Shown here one piece after another: positions 22,165 to 33,208 of a stretch of 64,000 bases of DNA. Made by a program: the position numbers and the translations under genes. Every line of letters begins with the position of its first letter. Position 1 is the stretch's first letter. Source of the stretch: Macrostomum lignano (Eukaryota); the NCBI GenBank assembly GCA_002269645.1, contig NIVC01000386.1:310001-374000 (forward strand), read 5' to 3'. Below the pieces are notes generated by a model. That model was not told where the DNA came from and ran no database searches. It saw nothing but the letters and a program-made list of their open reading frames with translations.

Positions 22165-23135
22165 CAGGCTGGCCCAGCAACTGAGGATCTGAGAGGCTGG
22201 CCCAGCAACTGAGGATCTGAGAGGCTGGCCCAGCAACTGAGGATCTGAGAGGCTGGCCCAGCAACTGAGGATCTGAGAGGCTGGCTCAGCAACTGAGAAT
22301 CTGAGAGGCTGGCTCAGCAACTGAGGATCTGAGAGGCTGGCCCAGCAACTGAGGATCTGAGAGGCTGGCCCAGCAACTGAGGATCTGAGAGGCTGGCCCA
22401 GCAACTGAGAATCTGAGAGGCTGGCTCAGCAACTGAGGATCTGAGAGGCTGGCTCAGCAACTGAGGATCTGAGAGGCTGGCCCAGCAACTGAGAATCTGA
22501 GAGGCTGGCCCAGCAACTGAGGATCTGGGAGGCTGGCCCAGCAACTGAGGATCTGGGAGGCTGGCTCAGCAACTGAGGATCTGAGAGGCTGGCTCAGCAA
22601 CTGAGGATCTGAGAGGCTGGCCCAGCAACTGAGGATCTGAGAGGCTGGCCCAGCAACTGAGGATCTGAGAGGCTGGCCCAGCAACTGAGGATCTGAGAGG
22701 CTGGCCCAGCAACTGAGAATCTGAGAGGCTGGCTCAGCAACTGAGGATCTGAGAGGCTGGCTCAGCAACTGAGGATCTGAGAGGCTGGCCCAGCAACTGA
22801 GAATCTGAGAGGCTGGCCCAGCAACTGAGGATCTGGGAGGCTGGCCCAGCAACTGAGGATCTGGGAGGCTGGCTCAGCAACTGAGGATCTGAGAGGCTGG
22901 CTCAGCAACTGAGGATCTGAGAGGCTGGCTCAGCAACTGAGGATCTGAGAGGCTGGCTCAGCAACTGAGGATCTGAGAGGCTGGCCCAGCAACTGAGGAT
23001 CTGAGAGGCTGGCTCAGCAACTGAGAATCTGAGAGGCTGGCCCAGCAACTGAGGATCTGAGAGGCTGGCCCAGCAACTGAGGATCTGAGAGGCTGGCCCA
23101 GCAACTGAGGATCTGAGAGGCTGGCTCAGCAACTG
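22165..23135. repeat. 28-bp minisatellite GGCTGGCCCAGCAACTGAGGATCTGAGA
   Basis: Tandem array; reverse complement of the unit at 49055-50275. Confidence 0.97.
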
Positions 23136-23869
23136 AAGATCGGAGAAGGAAGTCAGAAGAGTAAGAGATTTGAAAAAATGAAGCAACTCGAAACTCTTAA
23201 GAGCAGTGCTGCAGATTGAAGCAAACGCAGTGTTTAAAACAGGTAAACAAAACATGTAGACAGCGCGCATAGCACTCAATGTATTTACTGTCAAAACATG
23301 TGACAGCAATTATATTGTTCTGATATTAGTCATTTAAACGTGCGGAACGAGCAGAAACAATCGACCTGGCTCGCTGTCAATCTAAATGATGCAAGATATC
23401 ACAGGCTGCTGTACACAGCTGTCCGGCGGTTTGGCACTTCCTGTGCTGTGCAGCTGCACTGGGCTGGTGCCAATGATCGCACAATAAAATTAGTGGCGAC
23501 TTTGTACAAAATTATTTCCAACCGGAAACTGGGCGGGAAAATGCGCGCGCAGATCGAACAGCGAATACGAAAGCTACTGCAACAGGTACAGGTACAGGTA
23601 AAAATAATCTTTCCAGGAATCGGCTGACAATTCTTGAAGCCACAGGGTCAGAGAAATCGCTGGGGGGGGGGGAATTGTGTAAGAAAGGTCGCAGACTCAA
23701 AGTATATCAAACTACCAATAAATTTGCTAATCGGCTGTTGATTGAAACAAGCGCAATCTAGCTGAGCTGGGACAGTTTAAAGGAAGCTGAGAAAAGCATG
23801 GAAGCACAGTGTGAATACTGCTGTGGCTCACTGAATTCAGTGAGAACTGGATGAGCATGAGCAGTATTA

Positions 23870-24085
23870 CCGTTGCTATGCACCCGGTAACTATAGAGAA
23901 ATTATCCTTGCTATGCACCCGGTAACTATGGAGAAATTATCGTTGCTATGCACCCGGCAACTATGGAGAATTTATCGTTGCTATGCACCCGGTAGCCATG
24001 GAGACATTGTCGTTGCTATGCATCCGGTAACTATGGAGACAGAGACATTATCGTTGCTATGCACCAAGTATCCATGGAGACATTA
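23870..24085. repeat. ~35-bp array CGTTGCTATGCACCCGGTAACTATGGAGAAATTAT, ~6 copies
   Basis: Visible just downstream of the NACHT gene stop. Confidence 0.9.
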
Positions 24086-24100
24086 TTGTTAGCGCCCCAG

Positions 24101-27100
24101 TCAGTCCCTCAGGGTCAGGGTAGCCAGCATGTCGCTGACAACTTCGTCCACTCCGTCATCGTCGGCCATTGCCGAGGCCGAAGCTGCGGTGCCGTCGCCG
24201 GACGCCTCGTCCTCCTCCGACGGCAGCTGGTCTTCGTCCAGCAGCACGAAGTCGTCCTCGGAAGCCGCCGCGGCGCCTTGCGACACCGACGAGGTGGCGA
24301 AGAAGCTGCCCAGCGGATTTCCCATGCCGCCGGAGTCGACGGCGCCAGCGCTGTCGTCGTCTTCCTGGAGCTCGCGCTGGCTGAACTCGGCCTCCTGCTC
24401 GGGCCCGACCTCGGCGGAGTGCAGGTGCCGCAGGTACAGCGCGGCCCGGCGGTAGCGAGGCTCCAGCAGCACGGAGGCCGCCCGGCAGGTCTTGGGGTGG
24501 TCGGGCCCGTACACCAGCTGAATCACTTCCGCCCAGCGCCGGAAGTACATGTAGGCGCGCAGGAAGCAGGACTGGACGGGCGAAACGGAGGGGAGATTGG
24601 GGAAAACTACTGTGTAATCAGTATGCGGCATTTTACAGCAGCTGAACTTTTCACAGTACCTACTGGGACGCCTGATTGGTCCTGAACCATCATGCCCTCA
24701 GCCCATCAATCATCTGGTGACCCCAATACCCAATTGCTTCTGTGACCCCAATCATCAAGTGACCACCCGTGACCCCAATCATCAAGTGGCCACCCGTGAC
24801 CCCAATCATCAAGTGGCCACCTGTGACACCAATGATCAAATAACCCGTGACCCCAATCATCAAATAACCCGTGACACCAATCATCAAATAACCCGTGACA
24901 CCAATCATCAAATAACCCGTGACACCAATCATCAAATAACCCGTGACACCAATCATCAAATAACCCGTGACCCCAATCATCAAGTGACCACCCGTGACCC
25001 CAATCATCAAGTGGCCTCCCGTGACACCAATCATCAAGTGACCACCCGTGACACCAATCATCAAGTGGCCACCCGTGACACCAATCATCAAGTGACCACC
25101 CGTGACACCAGTCATAAAAAAACCTGTGACCCGAATTATCAACCCGTTGAAAACGTTTCCGTGACAAGAATCACTAAAGACTAATTGCAAACAACTCACT
25201 AGCGCCTCTGAGGCGACTCTTGTGACTTTTTAACGACTCAAACAGCTGTAATGCGACGGTGAGGCGACTGAGTTGTTGTGTTAGCGCTCAACTTACTACT
25301 AACTCAAGTAGACCAGAGACGCAGACAATAAAACGCCTCAAATTGACTCTTAAGCGACTTGTACCGCGACATCTCGTCATTTTAGAGTCGTCTAAAGTCA
25401 CTTCTGTCCTACTGTATTTTACCTGTGTTACCTGCAACGACTCTGGGGGCGACGCAAATGACTCTGGGACGTTTCATGGCTAAGGCGTCAGTCTCATGGA
25501 GAGACGACCCTCCAGAGCATCCGCTACCTATCCCCGCGGCTCCGGCCTACCTTGTCCTCGTAGGCGATGCCGATGTTGATGTACAGCCGGCCCACTAGCC
25601 TGTGGCAGTCTCCGAACAGCATCCTGGCCAGCCGCAGGGCCGCCTTGTACAGCCGCAGCTGCCGGTCGGAGCCCCGCTTGGCCAGCACGCCCTGCGTCAT
25701 GGCGGCCTCGCTGGCCAGCTGCCTATCCAGCTGCCTGGCGAAGGCATCCGAAGCGGACTGGACGAGGCCGAGCGCCTTGCCGACGGCCTGCTCGGGGGTG
25801 AGCCAGGAGTGGCCGCCGCTGCAGGCCCGCCAGGAGTCCAGCGCGAAGCTCAGGCGCATCTGCAGCACGGCGAGCCGGCGGCGCCCGCTGTCCCGGCGCA
25901 TCCGGGCGTAGACGCCGATGGCGGCCTCGGCGAATTTGATGGCCCGGCGCAGCGTCGGCTTCTGGTCGCTGGTGACGAAGTCGGACAGTTTGAGCCGGTC
26001 ATCGTACAGGTGGAACATCAGGCCGCACAGGTCGGCTGTGATTGGCTGCGGCAGCCCGGCCGCCTTGGCCAGCTTGTAGGCCGACTTTGCCGCCTCCAGG
26101 CACCTGCGGCGGCGAGGAATTGAGGGTCAGAAGGGATCTGGGATTGTGGCAGGGATGTTTGGGGATCAGGGGACAAGCAGAAATAATTTGAGGTACTGGG
26201 AGACGATCAGATGGGATTTGATTTGAAGATCAAGAAGACGATCAGAAGGGATTTGATTTGAGGATCAGGGAGACGATCAGAGGGGATTTGATTTGAGGAT
26301 AGGGGACGATCAGAGGGGATTTGAGGATCAGGGAGACGATCAGAGGGGATTTGAGGATCAGGAAGACGATCAGAGGGGATTTGATTTGGGATCAGGGAGA
26401 CGATCAGAGGGGATTTGATTTGAGGATTAGGGGACGATCAGAGGGGATTTGAGGATCAGGGAGACGATCAGAGGGGATTTGAGGATCAGGAAGACGATCA
26501 GAACGGATTTGAGGATCGGGGAGACGATCAGAGGGGATTTGAGGATCAGGAAGACGATCAGAAGGGATTTGAGGATCAGGGAGACGATCAGAGGGGATTT
26601 GCTTTGAGGATTAGGGGACGATCAGAGGGGATTTAAGGATCAGGGAGACGATCACAGGGGGTTTGAGGATCAGGGAGACAATCAGAGGGGATTTGAGGAT
26701 CAGGAAGACGATCAGAGGGGATTTGAGGATCAGGGAGACGATCAGAGGGGATTTGAGGATCAGGAAGACGATCAGAGGGGATTTGATTTGAGGATCAGGG
26801 AGACGATCAGAGGGGATTTGATTTGAGGATTAGGGGACGATCAGAGGGGATTTGAGGATCAGGGAGACGATCAGAGGGGATTTGAGGATCAGGAAGACGA
26901 TCAGAACGGATTTGAGGATCGGGGAGACGATCAGAGGGGATTTGAGGATCAGGAAGACGATCAGAAGGGATTTGAGGATCAGGGAGACGATCAGAGGGGA
27001 TTTGCTTTGAGGATTAGGGGACGATCAGAGGGGATTTAAGGATCAGGGAGACGATCACAGGGGGTTTGAGGATCAGGGAGACAATCAGAGGGGATTTGAG

Positions 27101-30100
27101 GATCAGGAAGACGATCAGAGGGGATTTGAGGATCAGGAAGACGATCAGAGGGGATTTGAGGATCAGGGAGACGATTAGAGGGGATTTAAGGATCAGGAAG
27201 AAAATCAGAGGGGATTTGAGGATCAGGAAGAAAATCAGAGGGGATTTGAGGATCAGGGAGGTGATCAGGGGGGACACTAATTCTAATATCGATCAGAATC
27301 AGTGAAAAATGCTAAAAGCCGCTCACTTTCGATAGTGCCCGGCCAGCAGCAGCACCCGGCAGATCAGCAGGTGGCGGTGCAGGTCGCAGGCGGCGGGCTC
27401 GGCGGCCTCTAGCAGGGCGCAGTAGCGCTCGGCCATGGAGCTGTAGTCCCCGCACTGGGCGGCGTCCCGCCACAGCCGCAGGAGGCGGTCGCTGGGGTCG
27501 GGCGCGTCAAGCTGGTGAAAAGTTTCCAGCACGTCCCAGCGGCAGAGGAAATCTTCAAGGCGGCCGAGGGCACCGCTGGCCAAAGCGGCGGGCGGGAACT
27601 CGTCCAGGGCCCGGTCCAGGCCCGCGAGCTCCGGCCGCTCGAACTGATCGGCCAGCCGGGACAGCCAGAACTGGGCGCTGGGCTGCTGCAGGGAGCTGGG
27701 GGGGGGCGGCGGGTGCGCTGGACTGGATTCATATATGCGAAACCTTCGGAATCACCCGGCCGTTTCTATTGGCAACACACACATGTAAGTCCTGTTGGCT
27801 GAGAGCAGTCACGTGACTATTATTCTGTCCAATAGCGACTTACGTGTGTGTGTGTTGCCAATAGAAACGGCCGGGTAAATCCTAGGTTGCACCCAGGCCC
27901 ACGCATGACTGGATTGCCACTATTTGTGAATAGGGCGGAAACTGTGGGTGAATGAGGCGGAAACTGGAGGGTGAATTGGGGGCGGAAACTGTGGGTGAAT
28001 GGGGCGGAAACTGGAGGCTGAATAGGGCGGAAACTGTGGGTGAATGGGGCGGAAACTGGAGGGTGAATGGGGTGGAAGGTGAGGTTCAATGGGGCGGAAG
28101 GTGAGGTTGAATGGGGCGGAATCTGTGGGTGAATGGGCGGAAACTGGTGGGTGAATGGGGCGGAAAATGAAAAAAAAATGGGGCGGAAAATGAAAAATGA
28201 ATGGGGCGGAAGGTGAGGTTGAATGGGGCGGAAAAGCGGGCTGAAGGGGCGGAAACTGGAGGGTGAATGGAGCGGAAAAGCGGGCTGATGGGGTGGAAAC
28301 TGGAGGGTGAATGGGGCGGAAGGTGAGATTGAATGGGGCGGAAAAGTGGGCTGAAGGGGCGGAAACTGACCGAGCAGCCTTTCGCAGCGCCGGATGGCGA
28401 AACGCCAGCCAGCGGTCAGGCTCAGTTCCTATTGGCGCCGGCGGCGCTAACAAGGGCGCCAAAGCGCCGAGCACGCCGGCCCAAAGCCGAGGCGACCAGC
28501 TCCGACGATAGGCGGGCGAATCGATACGATCGGCGCCGCTGGCGAGCCCCGCCGCGCTGCCGGCCTTCTCCGACGCCTCGACGCCGTCCTTCTCGGCGAA
28601 GGGGCCTCCAGGCGCGGTCAGCGGGCCGCTGCTCAGCAGGCCGACGGCTTCGGACTCGAAGAGGCCGCCATGGGCTGAGTTGGCCAGCAGGCACAGCAGC
28701 GCCTCGGCGACTGGCCCGGACTTTCCATCGCCAGAGTCGAGTTTGGCCGCGTCCTCCACGGCGTCGGCGACAACGGAGCGGCACAGCTCGGACAGCGAGT
28801 CGCAGTCGGCCAGGCGCTGGCACTGGCGCCGGCGGCTGCGAGCGGCGCTCAGCTGGAGGAACATCGCCTGGTCGGAGCAGCGGGCCAGCCGGGCCACCTC
28901 GGCGGCTGACAGCGGCGGCTGGGGACCCACCTGAGGAGATTATGGATCAGGGACTAGATGGATCAGAGACTAGATGGATCAGGGACTAGATAGATCAGGG
29001 ACTAGATAGATCAGGGACTAGATAGATCAGGGACTAGATGGATCAGGGACTAGATGGATCAGGGACTAGATGGATCAGGGACTAGATGGATCAGAGAATG
29101 AGGGATTAAATATTTGGGATTAGAGACAAGAAGTTCGAGATTGGGGATCACTCTAAAAGAAAGTTTAGCTCAACAACGCGGAAGAGTCCGCGGCGAGCTC
29201 ACCGCATCCGCAGATGCTGCGGCAACGATGAGGCGTCTCTCCGGCTCGAACAGCGGCAGCACCAGCTCGCAGTCGATGCGCCCGCCGCCCACGTCACCGC
29301 CGCTGTTGCCGCCGCCGCCGCTGGAGACGCCGACATCGTCCCGGCTGCGCAGGGTCTTGGCGGGCTCGCAGTCTGGCGGGCAGGAGATGAGCACGCGAAC
29401 GAACGGGGCCAGGTTGCTGGGCAGCCAGTTGAGCAGGCGGGCAGCGCCGGAGTCGCCGCGCAGCTGGTCGCACCCAGGCAGGATGAGGTGCAGCGGCCGG
29501 CGGGGACCGGAGAACTCCAGCAGGAAGGCGACCGCATCGGCCAGCCGGGAGACGGGGGCGTCTTCGCGCAGCAGGTCGGAGCAGAACGGGGCCTGCGGGT
29601 GGGAGCGGCAGAAGTCACGTGATCTGCCTCTCTACTCAATTATCCCCCAAGAGTACCCGGTACTGATCCCGTGTGTGCGCCCAGTCCCTATACCTGATAG
29701 GCCAGAAGCTCCGGCGGCAGCGGAGGCGTCAGCGGGCAGCCGCTGGGTGCGGAGGCGGCAGCCGCGGCGGAGGCAGCCGCAGCCCAGTCGACTCCGTCAA
29801 GCAGCTCGGCAAGCAGGCGGATGAGCAGCCAGCGCACGTCGCCGCTCTTGTAGTCGGCGCAGGGCGAGTGGTACAGCAGCACGGAGCCGCTGGCGGACGC
29901 CGCCTCAGGCATGGACGGATCCCGCCGTCGTCCGCGCAGCCATCGGCGAAGCTGGCAGGCGACGCTGGCGAGCACGCAGGCTTTGCCTTCGCCCGGCTCG
30001 CCGACCAGCAGCACCGGCGAGTTGCCAGAGGCCGCGGCGGCGAGTCTCCCGCTGTTGTCCTCTGCTGCCCGGGCCTCGCCGTCATCGTCGTCTGTGTCGC

Positions 30101-33100
30101 TGCCGGGTTGGTGCAGCGTCGGGATGATCCATTGGCGCGGAAGCGGCGGTGGCAGCGGCGGAGCCCGAGTCGGCGACATCGTCATGAGGTGGGCGGCACT
30201 TTCGATGGGAGCACCGCCGGACCTGGGGATGCTAAGATTTAGGGCGGGTGCCAGAAGTCTTGTTGGGATGTCAGATGCCTTGGTAGGATGTCAGATGCCT
30301 TGTTGGGATGTCAGATGCCTTGGTAGGATGTCAGATGCCTTGTTGGGATGTCAGATGCCTTGGTGGGATGTCAGATGCCTTGGTGGGATGTCAGATGCCT
30401 TGGTGGGATGTCAGATGCCTTGGTGGGATGTCAGATGTCTTTTTGGGATGTCAGATGTCTTGTTGGGATGTCAGATGCCTTGGTGGGATGTCAGATGTCT
30501 TGTTGGGATGTCAGATGCCTTGGTGGGATGTCAGATGCCTTGGTAGGATGTCAGATGCCTTGGTGGGATGTCAGATGTCTTTTTGGGATGTCAGATGCCT
30601 TGGTGGGATGTCAGATGCCTTGGTGGGATGTCAGATGTCTTTTTGGGATGTCAGATGCCTTGGTGGGATGTCAGATGTCTTGTTGGGATGTCAGATGTCC
30701 TGGTGGGAGGTCAGATGTCTTGGTTGGATGTCAGATGTCTTGGCGAGGTGTGAGATGTCTTAGTGGGATGTCAGATGTCCTGGTGGGATGTCAGATGTCT
30801 TGGTGGGATGTCATGTGAGATGCCTTGATAGGATAACTGCTGCATTGTTGGGATGCCAGGTGCTTTGATAGGGTGTCAGGCACTTTGATAGGGTGTCAGG
30901 CACTTTGATAGGGTTTCAGGCACTTTGATAGGGTTTCAGGCACTTTGATAGGGTGTCAGGCACTTTGATATGATGTCAGGGGCACGGTTAGTGTGCCAGA
31001 TACTCTGACGGTCACCTGGGCGCCGGATAGTCGGGGCAGAGCCGGCGCAGCAGGCGGTTCACCAGGCCGTTCCTGGTGCGCGGGTGCCGCTCGGCCGACC
31101 GCCTGTCGCAATCGGTCGCCTGCGATTCGGCCAGGCCGGCCAAAACCCAGCGGCAGCGGCGGACGCGAAGCCGGAGGGCGGCCCAGTGCCGCAACGAGTC
31201 GGCCGGACTTGAGCTGTCCGATTCCTCCGGCCGGACAGGCAGAAGGCGGTTGTTCTGCAGTCAGCCATGAGAGCAACGTTTGCTTAGTCTCCGTAGCTGG
31301 ATCACGTGATTTTTATTCCGCTCACCTACTAGAGATTATGAAACTAAGAGATCTCCACATAAACTAAACTTCCAAGATTTTTAAGTCTGGAATGCCCTAG
31401 TCACGTGACTAAGTTCTAATTACCCCCCCCCCCTACAACACCTGATGAAATACCAAATTACCGCAAATCACGTGACGTGACATCCCAGCCAGCCGCTCAC
31501 GTGACCCTGTTCAACTGCAAATCACGTGACACCCCAGCCAGCCGCTCACGTGACCCTGTTCAACTGCAAATCACGTGACACCCCAGCCAGCCGCTCACGT
31601 GACCCTGTTCCCGCAAATCACGTGACACCCCAGCCAGCATCTCACGTGACCTTTTTGAACTGCAAATCACGTGACAACCCAGCCAGCCGCTCACGTGACC
31701 CTGTTGCCACAAATCCCGCGACACACCCGTGACATACGTGATAATACTGCAGCAGCAGGTCGCCGGCGGAAGCGCCGCCAGCGAATCTCCGCTGGGCGAA
31801 TTTCCTCGCCCTCGGCGACAACTCGGCGGCGTCGTCAACAACGCAGACGGCGTCTTCGAGAAGCGGATGGTGCATGGCGGACAGGGCGGCCGCGGCCGAC
31901 CGGCTTAGACGGAAGTGGCGGGCGAACTCGCTAGCGTAGGCCGGCTGTCCGGGAAACTCGTGCAGGATGCCCACGCCCTCGTGGACGAGATTCACGCACA
32001 GCGTCGTCCTGTCGCCATTCGGGTCCCCGACGCTGGCGTCATCGCGGAGGCGGGCCTCAAGACCGTTGGTTCCGCCGCGGTCACCAATTTGGACCTCGTC
32101 GTGGTCCCCGTTGCATTCTTCCAGGCTTCGAGATTTCGTTCCCTGTAGGTGTTTTTCAGCTGGCTTGCTGACTATTCTGATAGTGAATATCTAGGCTTGC
32201 GGCGCCAGCTGAGGGATTGAGGCCGAGGGTTCGCGGCGCCAGCTGAGGGACTGAGGTTTAGTGGGGCCAGCTGAGGGACTGAGGGTTAGCGGCGCCAACT
32301 GAGGGACTGAGGGGAGGGACTGAGGGTTAGTGGCGCCAACTGAGGGACTGAGGGTTAGCGGCGCCAGCTGAGGACTGAGGTTTAGTGGCGCCAGCTGAGG
32401 GATTGAGGGTTAGCGGCGCCAGCTGAGGACTGAGGTTTAGTGGCGCCAGCTGAGGGACTGAGGTTTAGTGGCGCCAGCTGAGGGATTATTATTTTTATTA
32501 GAGGCAGGGGGGTTGTGTGCACCCTGGCGCGACATAGGCACACAACCGGCGAGAGGCATTACTGCCCATTCCGCCGACTCCCCTGAGCAGGCATACAAGC
32601 GCGCGGATACGTACGCAGGCACACACTCACACAGGAGTGTACAGCGGCCCTAACTTTATTTTATCGTTAGGCATGTACACTTCACTGCGCCTTGGGGGGT
32701 TGGCTCTCAAGGCCGTTAATTGCACGAGCAGAGCCAAGCCGAGATTCCAATTCAGTCCCAAATTAATGTGACTGCACTTGGAATCGAGCCTGGGTCGCTG
32801 GCACACCAGAGCAGCTGCGCTACCGCTGGGCTACGGCCCCCCTCAGCTGAGGGATTGAGGGTTCGCGGTGCCAGCTGAGGGACTGAGGGTTAGCGGCGCC
32901 AGCTGAGGTACTGAGTGTTCGCGGCGCCAGCTGAGGGACTGAGGGTTAGCGGCGCTAACTGAGGGACTGAGGGTTTGTGGGGCCAACTGAGGGACTGAAG
33001 TTAAGTGGCACCAAGGATATGAAATGATTGCTATAAACCTCAATAGTGTAGACTGACTTACCCAAAAGATTTCTTCAGTGGACACAGATAGGCCAGGAAA

Positions 33101-33208
33101 TTCAGCTTGCAAGAAGGGAATGACACTGTTGGACAGGTCGAGCACCTGCAAGTCCAGCTCATCAAAGCAGGAAAGCTTGATAAGTAAAGATTTGCCACAC
33201 CAGGTCAT
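24101..33208 (-). CDS. DUF4062-like + NACHT-like (STAND) NTPase + TPR protein (NPHP3/TTC41/TEP1-like architecture), ~1220 aa; exons 33208-33062, 32142-31738, 31254-31016, 30222-29694, 29592-29203, 28930-28371, 27695-27327, 26103-25551, 24571-24101
   Basis: All eight introns GT-AG with consistent phases; EIFW|G at the DUF4062 DLRWG position; LLVGEPGEGKA; NWLPSNLAPFVRVLIS; LAFRHPALR; TPR LFGDCHRLVGRLYINIGIAY and VYGPDHPKT. Confidence 0.85.
24715..25110. repeat. 24/27-bp minisatellite GTGAC(A/C)CCAATCATCAA..., NACHT gene intron 8
   Basis: Visible tandem array. Confidence 0.93.
26200..27270. repeat. ~30-bp minisatellite GATCAGAGGGGATTTGAGGATCAGGGAGAC, intron 7
   Basis: Visible array containing an internal higher-order duplicated block. 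Confidence 0.95.
27741..27888. mobile_element. Small palindromic MITE-like element
   Basis: Inverted arms ACCCGGCCGTTTCTATTGGCAACACACACA / TGTGTGTGTTGCCAATAGAAACGGCCGGGT; central AGTCACGTGACT palindrome. Confidence 0.7.
27940..28365. repeat. Degenerate GAATGGGGCGGAAA-based array, intron 6
   Basis: Visible repeated motif. Confidence 0.88.
28945..29095. repeat. 16-bp array GATCAGGGACTAGATG, intron 5
   Basis: ~9 tandem copies. Confidence 0.93.
30255..30980. repeat. 20-bp arrays GGGATGTCAGATGCCTTGGT then CACTTTGATAGGGTGTCAGG, intron 3
   Basis: Visible tandem arrays. Confidence 0.95.
31465..31720. repeat. ~49-bp array with two CACGTG per unit, intron 2
   Basis: AAATCACGTGACACCCCAGCCAGCCGCTCACGTGACCCTGTTCAACTGC, ~5 copies. 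Confidence 0.9.
32200..33000. repeat. ~28-bp array GCGCCAGCTGAGGGACTGAGGGTTAGCG, intron 1, split by a SINE
   Basis: Present on both sides of the SINE. Confidence 0.9.
32488..32840 (-). mobile_element. tRNA-derived SINE, full-length copy
   Basis: Minus-strand head GGGGCCGTAGCCCAGCGGTAG...CCAGGCTCGATTCC with A and B boxes; A-rich tail; candidate TSD CAGCTGAGGGATT at 32475-32487 and 32844-32856 (ambiguous because it lies in a tandem array). Confidence 0.85.

Noticed and set aside
23340-23627. 95-aa ORF downstream of the NACHT gene
   Set aside because: No ATG-supported start, no recognisable domain and no clear splice context.
25200-25420. Degenerate inverted repeat in intron 8
   Set aside because: Short imperfect arms with no TSD; cannot be distinguished from chance or very old MITE debris.
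32770-32840. tRNA gene
   Set aside because: A and B boxes are present but there is no complete cloverleaf, and the head continues into a body shared with another copy, so it is a SINE.
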